DNA of 64,000 bases from the NCBI GenBank assembly GCA_040954595.2, contig CM082578.2:62001-126000 (forward strand), written 5' to 3'. Positions 24,711 through 36,900 of the stretch are shown piece by piece. The position numbers and the translations under genes were made by a program. Numbering within the stretch: the first letter of the stretch is position 1; each line of letters opens with the position of its first letter. A model generated the notes under the pieces. The model was not told where the DNA came from. It saw nothing but the letters and a program-made list of their open reading frames with translations, and did no database searches. Origin of the DNA: Balanoglossus misakiensis (taxonomy: Eukaryota > Animalia > Hemichordata).

Positions 24711-27243
24711 TCTAAAGTGCCGGGGCTTCAGCTAAACCAGGCCGTAGGAAATCCGACGTAATCACCGTTGATAACTTACGCCAGTCTGTGTCATATAGAG
24801 CCGGTGCACCAGCCGAGTCACGCCGTAGGAAATCTGACTTGATCAACGTGGTCAATGTACGCCTGTTTCTGCTCTAGAGTGCCGGGGCTTCAGCTGAGCC
24901 AGGCCGTAGGAAACCCGACGTGATTACCGTTGTTAACTTACGCCAGTCTGTGTCCTATATATAGTGCCGGGGCATCAGCCGTGCCAGGCCGAAGGAAATG
25001 TGAGTAGATCAACGTGGTCTCTGTACGCGTGTTTCTGCTCTAGAGTGCCAGGGCTTTAGCCAAGCCATGCCGTAGGAAATCTGACTTGATCAACGTTGCT
25101 AACGAACGCTAGTGTCTGTCATAGTGTGCCGGGGTTTTAGTCGAGCCAAGCCGTAGGAGATCAGACTTGATCAACGTGATCTCTGTACGCGTGTTTCTGC
25201 TCTAGAGTGCCGGGGTTTTAGCCGACTTATGCTGTAGGAAATCTGAGTTGATGAACGGGAATTCAATGTAAGAAAACCCGTGTGGAAAGTATCTCTACCC
25301 GTTTGAAACTAAGAAAAGAATTTATTCTTATTTATTTTGTAAAAAAGACAATTTTTCGAAAAAAAGTCGAAAATGGTAATTTTGTCTTGGGTGATTCAAT
25401 TTATACCGCGTTTTCTGGAATTTGCAGCACTTTTTACAAGAGAACGACACTTCATTATCCATAATATTTCCGAAAATGAAGAAAAGAGTTAATTTTTTAT
25501 GATTTTTTAAAAATTTACCATTTTTGTCAAAATATGGCCAAAATGGCTATTTTTTCTTGAATTCCGTCAATATCTCTGCATTTTTGGAGTGGTCGAAAGT
25601 TTTAACATATAATCAACATGTCATATATGATCAGGGCACCAAATTCGAAAAACAAAGGTTTTTTTATTTTTTTTTCTAAAAATGACATTTTCAAGGAAAA
25701 TTTGGTAAAACGCAATTTTGTCTGCAGTGAGCCAAATTAGCCGTTTTTTGTGGAATTTGTATCGATATATATATACGAAGAGCATTCTATACTCCATCAG
25801 ATTTCCAAAAATGTAGAAAACAGGTATTTTTGTAATTTTCAAAAATTTACCATTTTGACCAAATTGTGGCTAAAATTGTTATTTTCGTGTTGAATGCCGC
25901 CAGTGTCACTGCTTTTAAAAGTCATAAAAACTTTTAACATAAAAGCAATTGTTTATATATGATCAGGTCACCGAATTAAAAAAATAAAGAATGTTTTGCC
26001 TAAAAATGACCTTTTTGGTGCAAAAACGAATAAAACGCAATTTTTTATTAAATCAGCTCATTCAGAGTGCATTTTTATAATCAGCACCATTTTTACATAT
26101 AATGGAAATTTCATACATCATCAGATATCCAAATATGAAAAAATGATTTAGATTTTAGATGATTGTCCAAAATTAGCTGATATCTGATAAATGTAGCATT
26201 GAACCGTTCTGTTTCCCTCCCCCCCCCCCCCCCCCCTACATTACATGCGGTACGCCGATGTCAGCTTACCCGGCAGTACTGCAGGCCGTGCCCCCAACTA
26301 ACGTCGGTGTTTGAAACGCCCTGGTTAAATTCGAGCTTTCTCTATAAATTGACAGGCAATAATGCAGTCCTACCCGAACAAATGTCGAGTGTTGACCCGC
26401 TGTGACTTTCCCTCTTCGGTTTGCCCGACTTAGCCAACGTCTTTGTACTAGAGTGTCAGGTCTTTTGCAGAGCCAGGCCGAAGGAAATCCGACTTGATCA
26501 CCGTTGCTAACGAACGCTAGTGTCTGTCATGGTGTGCCGGGGTTTTAGTCGAGCCAGGCCGTAGGAGATCTGACTTGATCATCGTGGTCAATGTACGCGT
26601 GTTTCCGCTCTAAAGTGCCGGGGCTTCAGCTAAACCAGGCCGTAGGAAATCCGACGTAATCACCGTTGATAACTTACGCCAGTCTGTGTCATATAGAGCC
26701 GGTGCACCAGCCGAGTCACGCCGTAGGAAATCTGACTTGATCAACGTGGTCAATGTACGCCTGTTTCTGCTCTAGAGTGCCGGGGCTTCAGCTGAGCCAG
26801 GCCGTAGGAAACCCGACGTGATTACCGTTGTTAACTTACGCCAGTCTGTGTCCTATATATAGTGCCGGGGCATCAGCCGTGCCAGGCCGAAGGAAATGTG
26901 AGTAGATCAACGTGGTCTCTGTACGCGTGTTTCTGCTCTACAGTGCCAGGGCTTTAGCCAAGCCATGCCGTAGGAAATCTGACTTGATCAACGTTGCTAA
27001 CGAACGCTAGTGTCTGTCATAGTGTGCCAGGGTTTCAGTCGAGCCAAGCCGTAGGAGATCAGACTTGATCAACGTGGTCTCTGTACGCGTGTTTCTGCTC
27101 TAGAGTGCCGGGGCTTTATCCAAGCCATGCCGTAGAAAATCTGACTTGATCACCGTTGCTAACATACGCTAGTGTCTGTCATATTGTGACGGAGATTTAG
27201 CCGAGCCAGGCCCTAGAAAAATCGACTTGTTCAACGTTACCAG
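24708..27243 (+). repeat. Composite satellite, ~1.3 units up to the palindrome
   Basis: Same unit sequence; one copy lacks two monomers at ~25215. Confidence 0.97.
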
Positions 27244-27630
27244 TGTAGTAACCTCGATGTGCCGTCTCAAATGGCGCCCAAATTCACATCAAAGGCCACA
27301 GGGTTCTATAGTATTTGCCGTTAACTAACTGGAGCTCACCATCGCCGACGAACATTCCTTGTCAGATGTCACAGAAAACGCTGCTCGGAACTTTACACGA
27401 ACATTTAATGACTGAACATACAACACTGGCACTGGATGATGCGTCGCGGTGGTTGAAGTTTCCGTAGAAAACTGGCAAAAATCCCCAGGCTAACTGTGCA
27501 AAAGTCCTCACATGTGCGCCATGGAATTTTCCAGATATTTTCTAAACAAAAGCGCATGCGCTAATGTACTCACAGCGCGAGGGCGCTAGACTAAATATTT
27601 CAGTTTCTCTAAGAACTGGGCGTCCTTACA
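27244..27630 (-). repeat. BEL/Pao 3' LTR, left-arm copy (387 bp)
   Basis: Reverse complement of 33575-33961. Confidence 0.9.
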
Positions 27631-30286
27631 CCAGCCCCCAAATTGTTCATGAAAAAACATTAACAATTTCCATCCTAGCAAATTCAAAACGCCAACATCC
27701 ATATGTGCCGAAATTACATATCAAATAGAAATTACAAAACAATATCTATAAATATCTCGAAACGCGAAGTCGAAAGTTTTTCAGGAAACGCGAATACAAG
27801 AATCCTTTTCTTCATGAATGTGATGATACATCCTAGACCATGCCCAGACCTCGTCCGGTCAATCATGCTGCCAAGCATGATATCCAACACATCTGTACTT
27901 CAAAGATGAGATCAAACGCTGGACGTAGTGGATAGACTGGCCACTACTTGAGATCGTTGTTATTACAGCTGCTGGTAACTGCAACCATACCAATACCACT
28001 AAGTCTGTGCTTCCAGCAATGTGCACAACTTATCATATGGTCTTTCTAAAACACTGGATCTGGTCTTCACCAATACTCGTCTCACCACCCCTTTCCGATC
28101 AGGCATAACTTTGACGATTACACCCAAGGCCACGCATTTGTGGAGGTGTTCTCATCCTTTTCCAATACAAATCTGACAGATACTGCACTTGCTTCCATCT
28201 GTGTACAGCATACAAGTCGTTCTTCTCCGTCACACCAGGGGGTGTTGCTGCTCCCTTCATAGTAAGCAACATACTGGGTGTCAATGCTTTTAAGTCTCTA
28301 ACGTCGTCCGACGATACTGTAATCTCATGCGGTCCATCTGTACGACGACTTTTGTTCTTGGCACATCTCAACAATGTGTCACCCACTTTACGTATCCAGG
28401 CCACTGCTTTCTTCAGTTTATACCAACTGGAGTAGTGGTCTATCATTTTCTGAACCGTCTCCTCCGCATTAACGGACATGGATCGATCCGCCCCTTTGTC
28501 AGGCGTCTGTCGTTCTCCCGAAACAACAGGTACTGTTCCCAACACAACGGGTACAGTTTCTTCTTCCGACCTCAAGGCTATTCTATGCACTAGTGCAGAT
28601 TTCTTCACCTCTGGATCTTCTGGATCTAGCTGTGTATTGTAGCTATCACTTGGCCATTTGTCTTGTGTCTTCCGCAAGAAATCAGGACCACCTATCCATC
28701 TTTCGTTCTTCAGAAAAGCATCTATTTTCTGACCTCTAGAGCACTCATCTGCCGGGTTGTCACTGGTATTAATGTAGCGCCAGTTCGCTGGGTCTGATCC
28801 TCCTCGAATCACTGCTAGTCTATTCGCCACGAAGGTATGAAATATTGTGGTTTTGTTGTTTATGTACCGCAGCACGGTTTTGCTATCCGTCCAAAACACG
28901 GATTCATTGATTGGCAAATCCACCTCATTTCTGAGAAGTTTGTCAAGCCTCACTGCTACAGTAGCTGCAGTTAATTCCATTCGTGGGATCGATATTTGCT
29001 TCAATGGAGCCACTCTTGCTTTGGCCATCATCAAAGTGCTGTGGATGTTTCCGCTTTTGTCGATCAACCTAAGATATGATACAGCGCCATATCCATTTTC
29101 GCTGGCATCAGCAAAGTGATGTAGCTGAGCTGTGTCTACTTCACCAAAGTGCTCGGGCTTTATACATCTGGGTACTGCGAAACACTCTTCTAATTTCGGT
29201 AGATCCCTCAACCAATTCTCCCACACTTTGCGTTGTTTTCCAGGAATATCATCATCCCAGCCTAGTTTTGCTTTACACAGCTGCTGCAAAAGCATCTTGG
29301 GTGGCAGAAGCGCTGGTGCTGCCATGCCCAGTGGGTCGTATAATGAACTAACCACTCCCAGAATTCCTCGTCTGGTCGCTGGTTTCTCTTTAGTACGATT
29401 TCTGAATCCGAATTCGTCAGATTCCACGTTCCACTGCATACCGAGTGCATGCTCCATTGGCAAGTCATCTCGCTCCAAGTCTAAGTTCTTCACCTCTATC
29501 GCCCTTTGTTCTTCAGGTATTGCTTCCAAAACTGGACGCGTATTGCTGATCCACTTTGTGAGCTTGAACCCTGATTTCTTACAGGTGTCTGTCAGCCCTT
29601 CAGCCAAAGACTTTCCTTCCATCACTGTTGATGCTGCCTTCAACATGTCATCAACGTAGAAGTTTCTAGATATGGTGTTCTTGACACTCAGATCAGAAGT
29701 ATTGTCTGGAGCTTTCTTCAACGCGAAGTTTGCACAACTGGGTGACGATGTAGCCCCGAAGATGTGCACTGTCATTCGGTACTCGACAGGAGGTTCCTCT
29801 ACATTACCATTAGGCCACCACAGAAAACGCTGGAAATCTCGGTTTTCTTGCGACACGCCAACTTGAGAGAACATAGCCTCTATATCTGACATCAGTGCTA
29901 TCCGCTCTTCACGAAAATGTATAAGCACTCCTACAAGTGAACTGGTCAGATCCGGTCCTTGCATTAATTCCTTGTTCAAAGAAGTTCCCTTGTATTCTGC
30001 ACCACAGTCGAAGACTACCCGGATTTTCTGTTTCTGTGGATGGTATACGCCATGATGGGGAAGATACCATTTCTTTCCAGGATTGCCTTCCAATTCTTCC
30101 TGTGGCACCCTTTCAGCATAGCCTTTGTCTATAATACTTTCCATGAAGGTAGTATATTCTTGACGATAGTCATCGTTGTTTCTAAATTTCTTTCCCAACT
30201 GAGAAAGCCGATATTCTACTGCCACTTTGTTGTTTGGCATCGTAACACCGTCATCACGAAACGGTAATGGCACCTGGTAATGACCA
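27244..30286 (-). mobile_element. Inverted duplicate of BEL/Pao pol (RT-RNase H, deleted integrase) plus 3' LTR
   Basis: WYLPHHGV, KIRVVFD, DIEAMF, FGATSSP, FYVDD, YDPLG, HHFADAS, IPRMEL, WTDS, NPADECSRG. Confidence 0.93.
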
Positions 30287-33206
30287 AGGTCAAATGTAGA
30301 TCGAGTGGTCTTAGTGTACAAACGTACGCCTTTATTGACAACGGCAGTGACACAGTATTCTGTACGGAAACACTTCGCCGACAACTGAACGTCGGTGGTA
30401 AGAAAACAAAGATTATGCTGAACACTATCACTGGAAGTAAATCAGCTGATAGTCGTGTTATCAAGGGTCCAGAAGTTTCAGATCTTGATGAGCATTACAT
30501 CATCAAACTTCCAGCTACATATACGCAAGAGAAAATTCCTGCTTCGAAAGATCTCATCGTTACACAAGATGACATTGGCAAGTATCCTTATTTGCGTAAG
30601 GTACGCCTGCCTGAGATAGATGCGGAAATAGGCCTACTCATCGGTGGTAACGTTCCTGAAGCGTTTGAACCATGGGAAGTGATAAACAGTAATGGAGATG
30701 GACCATTTGCCGTACGTACCCGTTTAGGCTGGTTCGTAAATGGTTTCCTTACGGGGGCTGGCGTGTCAGAAAATGAAACTGCCGCAACAGTCTGTAGAAT
30801 ACAAGTTGGACCGGCGATTGATCAGCAGTTAATCAACCTCTTCAATCACGAGTTCAGCGAGCGCATCATAGATGACAAACCCGAAGATTCGGTTGAAGAT
30901 AGAAAGTTCATGAAGATTGCGTACGAACAAACGCAGTTTGTTGATGGTCATTACCAGGTGCCATTACCGTTTCGTGATGACGGTGTTACGATGCCAAACA
31001 ACAAAGTGGCAGTAGAATATCGGCTTTCTCAGTTGGGAAAGAAATTTAGAAACAACGATGACTATCGTCAAGAATATACTACCTTCATGGAAAGTATTAT
31101 AGACAAAGGCTATGCTGAAAGGGTGCCACAGGAAGAATTGGAAGGCAATCCTGGAAAGAAATGGTATCTTCCCCATCATGGAGTATACCATCCACAGAAA
31201 CAGAAAATCCGGGTAGTCTTCGACTGTGGTGCAGAATACAAGGGAACTTCTTTGAACAAGGAATTAATGCAAGGACCGGATCTGACCAGTTCACTTGTAG
31301 GAGTGCTTATACGTTTTCGTGAAGAGCGGATAGCACTGATGTCAGATATAGAGGCTATGTTCTCTCAAGTTGGCGTGTCGCAAGAAAACCGAGATTTCCA
31401 GCGTTTTCTGTGGTGGCCTAATGGTAATGTAGAGGAACCTCCTGTCGAGTACCGAATGACAGTGCACATCTTCGGGGCTACATCGTCACCCAGTTGTGCA
31501 AACTTCGCGTTGAAGAATGCTTCAGACAATACTTCTGATCTGAGTGTCAAGAACACCATATCTAGAAACTTCTACGTTGATGACATGTTGAAGGCAGCAT
31601 CAACAGTGATGGAAGGAAAGTCTTTGGCTGAAGGGCTGACAGACACCTGTAAGAAATCAGGGTTCAAGCTCACAAAGTGGATCAGCAATACGCGTCCAGT
31701 TTTGGAAGCAATACCTGAAGAACAAAGGGCGATAGAGGTGAAGAACTTAGACTTGGAGCGAGATGACTTGCCAATGGAGCATGCACTCGGTATGCAGTGG
31801 AACGTGGAATCTGACGAATTCGGATTCAGAAATCGTACTAAAGAGAAACCAGCGACCAGACGAGGAATTCTAGGAGTGGTTAGTTCATTATACGACCCAC
31901 TGGGCATGGCAGCACCAGCGCTTCTGCCACCCAAGATGCTTTTGCAGCAGCTGTGTAAAGCAAAACTAGGCTGGGATGATGATATTCCTGGAAAACAACG
32001 CAAAGTGTGGGAGAATTGGTTGAGGGATCTACCGAAATTAGAAGAGTGTTTCGCAGTACCCAGATGTATAAAGCCCGAGCACTTTGGTGAAGTAGACACA
32101 GCTCAGCTACATCACTTTGCTGATGCCAGCGAAAATGGATATGGCGCTGTATCATATCTTAGGTTGATCGACAAAAGCGGAAACATCCACAGCACTTTGA
32201 TGATGGCCAAAGCAAGAGTGGCTCCATTGAAGCAAATATCGATCCCACGAATGGAATTAACTGCAGCTACTGTAGCAGTGAGGCTTGACAAACTTCTCAG
32301 AAAGGAGATGGATTTGCCAATCAATGAATCCGTGTTTTGGACGGATAGCAAAACCGTGCTGCGGTACATAAACAACGAAACCACAAGATTTCATACCTTC
32401 GTGGCGAATAGACTAGCAGTGATTCGAGGAGGATCAGACCCAGCGAACTGGCGCTACATTAATACCAGTGACAACCCGGCAGATGCTTTTCTGAAGAACG
32501 AAAGATGGATAGGTGGTCCTGATTTCTTGCGGAAGACACAAGACAAATGGCCAAGTGATAGCTACAATACACAGCTAGATCCAGAAGATCCAGAGGTGAA
32601 GAAATCTGCACTAGTGCATAGAATAGCCTTGAGGTCGGAAGAAGAAACTGTACCCGTTGTGTTGGGAACAGTACCTGTTGTTTCGGGAGAACGACAGACG
32701 CCTGACAAAGGGGCGGATCGATCCATGTCCGTTAATGCGGAGGAGACGGTTCAGAAAATGATAGACCATTACTCCAGTTGGTATAAACTGAAGAAAGCAG
32801 TGGCCTGGATACGTAAAGTGGGTGACACATTGTTGAGATGTGCCAAGAACAAAAGTCGTCGTACAGATGGACCGCATGAGATTACAGTATCGTCGGACGA
32901 CGTTAGAGACTTAAAAGCATTGACACCCAGTATGTTGCTTACTATGAAGGGAGCAGCAACACCCCCTGGTGTGACGGAGAAGAACGACTTGTATGCTGTA
33001 CACAGATGGAAGCAAGTGCAGTATCTGTCAGATTTGTATTGGAAAAGGATGAGAACACCTCCAGAAATGCGTGGCCTTTGGGTGTAATCGTCAAAGTTAT
33101 GCCTGATCGGAAAGGGGTGGTGAGACGAGTATTGGTGAAGACCAGATCCAGTGTTTTAGAAAGACCATATGATAAGTTGTGCACATTGCTGGAAGCACAG
33201 ACTTAG
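30287..33206 (+). pseudogene. BEL/Pao pol pseudogene lacking the integrase core
   Basis: Jumps from the RH-INT linker (GPHEITV) to post-catalytic integrase (SSDDVRDLKALTPSMLL). A second deletion shifts frame before DENTSRNAWPLG...ERPYDKLC. Confidence 0.88.
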
Positions 33207-33574
33207 TGGTATTGGTATGGTTGCAGTTACCAGCAGCTGTAATAACAACGATCTCAAGTAGTGGCCAGTCTATCCACTACGTCCAGCGTTTGATCTCATC
33301 TTTGAAGTACAGATGTGTTGGATATCATGCTTGGCAGCATGATTGACCGGACGAGGTCTGGGCATGGTCAAGGATGTATCATCACATTCATGAAGAAAAG
33401 GATTCTTGTATTCGCGTTTCCTGAAAAACTTTCGACTTCGCGTTTCGAGATATTTATAGATATTGTTTTGTAATTTCTATTTGATATGTAATTTCGGCAC
33501 ATATGGATGTTGGCGTTTTGAATTTGCTAGGATGGAAATTGTTAATGTTTTTTCATGAACAATTTGGGGGCTGG

Positions 33575-33961
33575 TGTAAGGACGCCCAGTTCTTAGAGAA
33601 ACTGAAATATTTAGTCTAGCGCCCTCGCGCTGTGAGTACATTAGCGCATGCGCTTTTGTTTAGAAAATATCTGGAAAATTCCATGGCGCACATGTGAGGA
33701 CTTTTGCACAGTTAGCCTGGGGATTTTTGCCAGTTTTCTACGGAAACTTCAACCACCGCGACGCATCATCCAGTGCCGGTGTTGTATGTTCAGTCATTAA
33801 ATGTTCGTGTAAAGTTCCGAGCAGCGTTTTCTGTGACATCTGACAAGGAATGTTCGTCGGCGATGGTGAGCTCCAGTTAGTTAACGGCAAATACTATAGA
33901 ACCCTGTGGCCTTTGATGTGAATTAGGGCGCCATTTGAGACGGCACATCGAGGTTACTACA
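33575..33961 (+). repeat. BEL/Pao 3' LTR, right-arm copy (387 bp, TG...CA)
   Basis: tgtaag...ctaca follows the PPT; ATTAAA at ~33796; satellite begins immediately afterwards. Confidence 0.9.
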
Positions 33962-36900
33962 CTGGTAACGTTGAACAAGTCGATTTTTCTAGGGCCTGGC
34001 TCGGCTAAATCTCCGTCACAATATGACAGACACTAGCGTACGTTAGCAACGGTGATCAAGTCAGATTTTCTACGGCATGGCTTGGATAAAGCCCCGGCAC
34101 TCTAGAGCAGAAACACGCGTACAGAGACCAGGTTGATCAAGTCTGATCTCCTACGGCTTGGCTCGACGGAAACCCCGGCACACTATGACAGACACTAGCG
34201 TTCGTTAGCAACGTTGATCAAGTCAGATTTCCTACGGCATGGCTTGGCTAAAGCCCTGGCACTGTAGAGCAGAAACATGCGTACAGAGACCACGTTGATC
34301 TACTCACATTTCCTTCGGCCTGGCACGGCTGATGCCCCGGCACTATATATAGGACACAGACTGGCGTAAGTTAACAACGGTAATCACGTCGGGTTTCCTA
34401 CGGCCTGGCTCAGCTGAAGCCCCGGCACTCTAGAGCAGAAACAGGCGTACATTGACCACGTTGATCAAGTCAGATTTCCTACGGCGTGACTCGGCTGGTG
34501 CACCGGCTCTATATGACACAGACTGGCGTAAGTTATCAACGGTGATTACGTCGGATTTCCTACGGCCTGGTTTAGCTGAAGCCCCGGCACTTTAGAGCGG
34601 AAACACGCGTACATTGACCACGATGATCAAGTCAGATCTCCTACGGCCTGGCTCGACTAAAACCCCGGCACACCATGACAGACACTAGCGTTCGTTAGCA
34701 ACGGTGATCAAGTCGGATTTCCTTCGGCCTGGCTCTGCAAAAGACCCGACACTCTAGTACAAAGACGTTGGCTAAGTCGGGCAAACCGAAGAGGGAAAGT
34801 CACAGCGGGTCAACACTCGACATTTGGTCGGGTAGGACTGCATTATTGCCTGTCAATTTATAGAGAAAGCCCGAATTTAACCAGGGCGTTCCAAACACCG
34901 ACGTTAGTTGGGGGCACGGCCTGCAGTACTACCGGGTAAGCTGACATCGGCGTACCGCATATAATGTAAGGGGGGGGGGGGGGACAGAACGGTTCAATAC
35001 TACATTTATTAGATATCAGCTAATTTTGGACAATCATCTAAAATCTAAATCATTTTTTCATATTTGGATATCTGATGATGTATGAAATTTCCATTATATG
35101 TAAAAATGGTGCTTATTATAAAACATGCACTCTGAATGAACTGATTTAATACAAGATTGCGTTTTATTCGTTTTTGCACCAAAAAGGTCATTTTTAGGCA
35201 AAACATTCTTTATATTTTTAATTCGGTGACCTGATCATATATAAACAATTGCTTGTATGTTAAAAGTTTTTATGACTTTTAAAAGCAGTGACACTGGCGG
35301 CATTCATCACGAAAATAACAATTTTAGCCACAATTTGGTCAAAATGGTAAATTTTTGAAAATTACAAAAAATACCTGTTTTCTACATTTTCGGAAATCTG
35401 ATGGAGTATAGAATGCTCTTCGTATGTATATATCGATACAAATTCCACAAAAGACCGTCTAATTTGGCTCACTGCAGACAAAATTGCGTTTTACCAAATT
35501 TTCCTTGAAAATGTCATTTTTAGAAAAAAAAATAAAAAAACCTTTGTTCTTCGAATTTGGTGCCCTGATCATATATGACATGTTGATTGTATGTTAAAAC
35601 TCTCGACCACTCCAAAAATGCAGAGATATTGACGGAATTCAAGAAAAATAGCCATTTTGGCCATATTTTGACAAAAATGGTAAATTTTTGAAAAATCATA
35701 AAAAATTAACTCTTTTCTTCATTTTCGGAAATATTATGGAGCATGAAGTGTCGTTCTCTTGCAAAAAGTGCTGCAAATTCCAGAAAAGGCGGTATAATTT
35801 GAATCACCCAAGACAAAATTACCATTTTCAACTTTTTTTCGAAAAATTGTCTTTTTTTACAAAATAAATAAGAATAAATTCTTTTCTTAGTTTCAAACGG
35901 GTAGAGATACTTTCCACACGGGTTTTCTAACATTGAATTCCCGTTCATCAACTCAGATTTCCTACAGCATAAGTCGGCTAAAACCCTGACACTCTAGAGC
36001 AGAAACAGTTGCACACTGGTAACGTTGAACAAGTCGATTTTTCTACGACCTGGCTCGGCTAAATCTCCGTCACAATATGACAGACACTAGCGTACGTTAC
36101 CAACGTTGATCAAGTCAGATTTTCTACGGCATGGCTTGGATAAAGCCCCGGCACTCTAGAGCAGAAACACGCGTACAGAGACCACGTTGATCAAGTCTGA
36201 TCTCCTACGGCTTGGCTCGACTAAAACCCCGGCACACTATGACAGACACTAGCGTTCGTTAGCAACTTTGATCAAGTCAGATTTCCTACGGCATGGCTTA
36301 ACTAAAGCCCTGGCACTCTAGAGCAGAAACACGCGTACAGAGACCACGTTGATCTTCTCACATTTCCTTCGGCCTGGCACGGCTGATGCCCCGGCACTAT
36401 ATATAGGACACAGACTGGCGTAAGTTAACAACGGTAATCACGTCGGGTTTTCTTACGGCCTGGCTCAGCTGAAGCCCCGGCACTCTAGAGCAGAAACAGG
36501 CGTACATTGACCACGTTGATCAAGTCAGATTTCCTACGGCGTGACTCGGCTGGTGCACCGGCTCTATATGACACATACTGGCGTAAGTTATCAACGGTGA
36601 TTACGTCGGATTTCCTACGGCCTGGTTTAGCTGAAGCCCCGGCACTTTAGAGCGGAAACACGCGTACATTGACCACGATGATCAAGTCAGATCTCCTACG
36701 GCCTGGCTCGACTAAAACCCCGGCACACCATGACAGACACTAGCGTTCGTTAGCAACGGTGATCAAGTCGGATTTCCTTCGGCCTGGCTCTGTAAAAGAC
36801 CCGACACTCTAGTACAAAGACGTTGGCTAAGTCGGGCAAACCGAACAGGGAAAGTCACAGCGGGTCAACACTCGACATTTGTTCCGGTAGGACTGCATTA

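Larger units (their letters stand above)
27244..33961. repeat. Large inverted repeat (arms 27244-30286 and 30945-33961, 658-bp spacer) made of a BEL/Pao element
   Basis: Mirror ORFs 28099..30384(-) and 30280..33087(+). The arms are reverse complements apart from about 14 substitutions counted by eye, a 27-bp indel and a 1-bp indel. Confidence 0.97.
30287..33961 (+). mobile_element. 5'-truncated, internally deleted BEL/Pao element (protease-RT-RNase H, integrase tail, PPT, 3' LTR)
   Basis: TYAFIDNGSD protease motif in the spacer, followed by RT/RH motifs. No gag and no 5' LTR. PPT-like gggggctgg precedes the LTR. Confidence 0.93.

Noticed and set aside
28327-33184. Antisense and alternate-frame ORFs overlapping BEL pol
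   Set aside because: Shadow ORFs of the pol frame, duplicated by the palindrome.
27244-33961. DIRS-like or TIR DNA transposon with long inverted termini, or two independent head-to-head insertions
   Set aside because: The content is BEL/Pao pol with no tyrosine recombinase or transposase. Identical insertion points, shared deletions and mirrored flank variants indicate duplication of one copy.
35072-35087. CTGATGA-tgtat-GAAA resembling a hammerhead ribozyme core in each unit
   Set aside because: Stem II cannot pair, I found no stem III with a valid UH cleavage site or a matching stem I, and the paralogous subrepeat lacks the motif. An Infernal search with hammerhead models would settle it.
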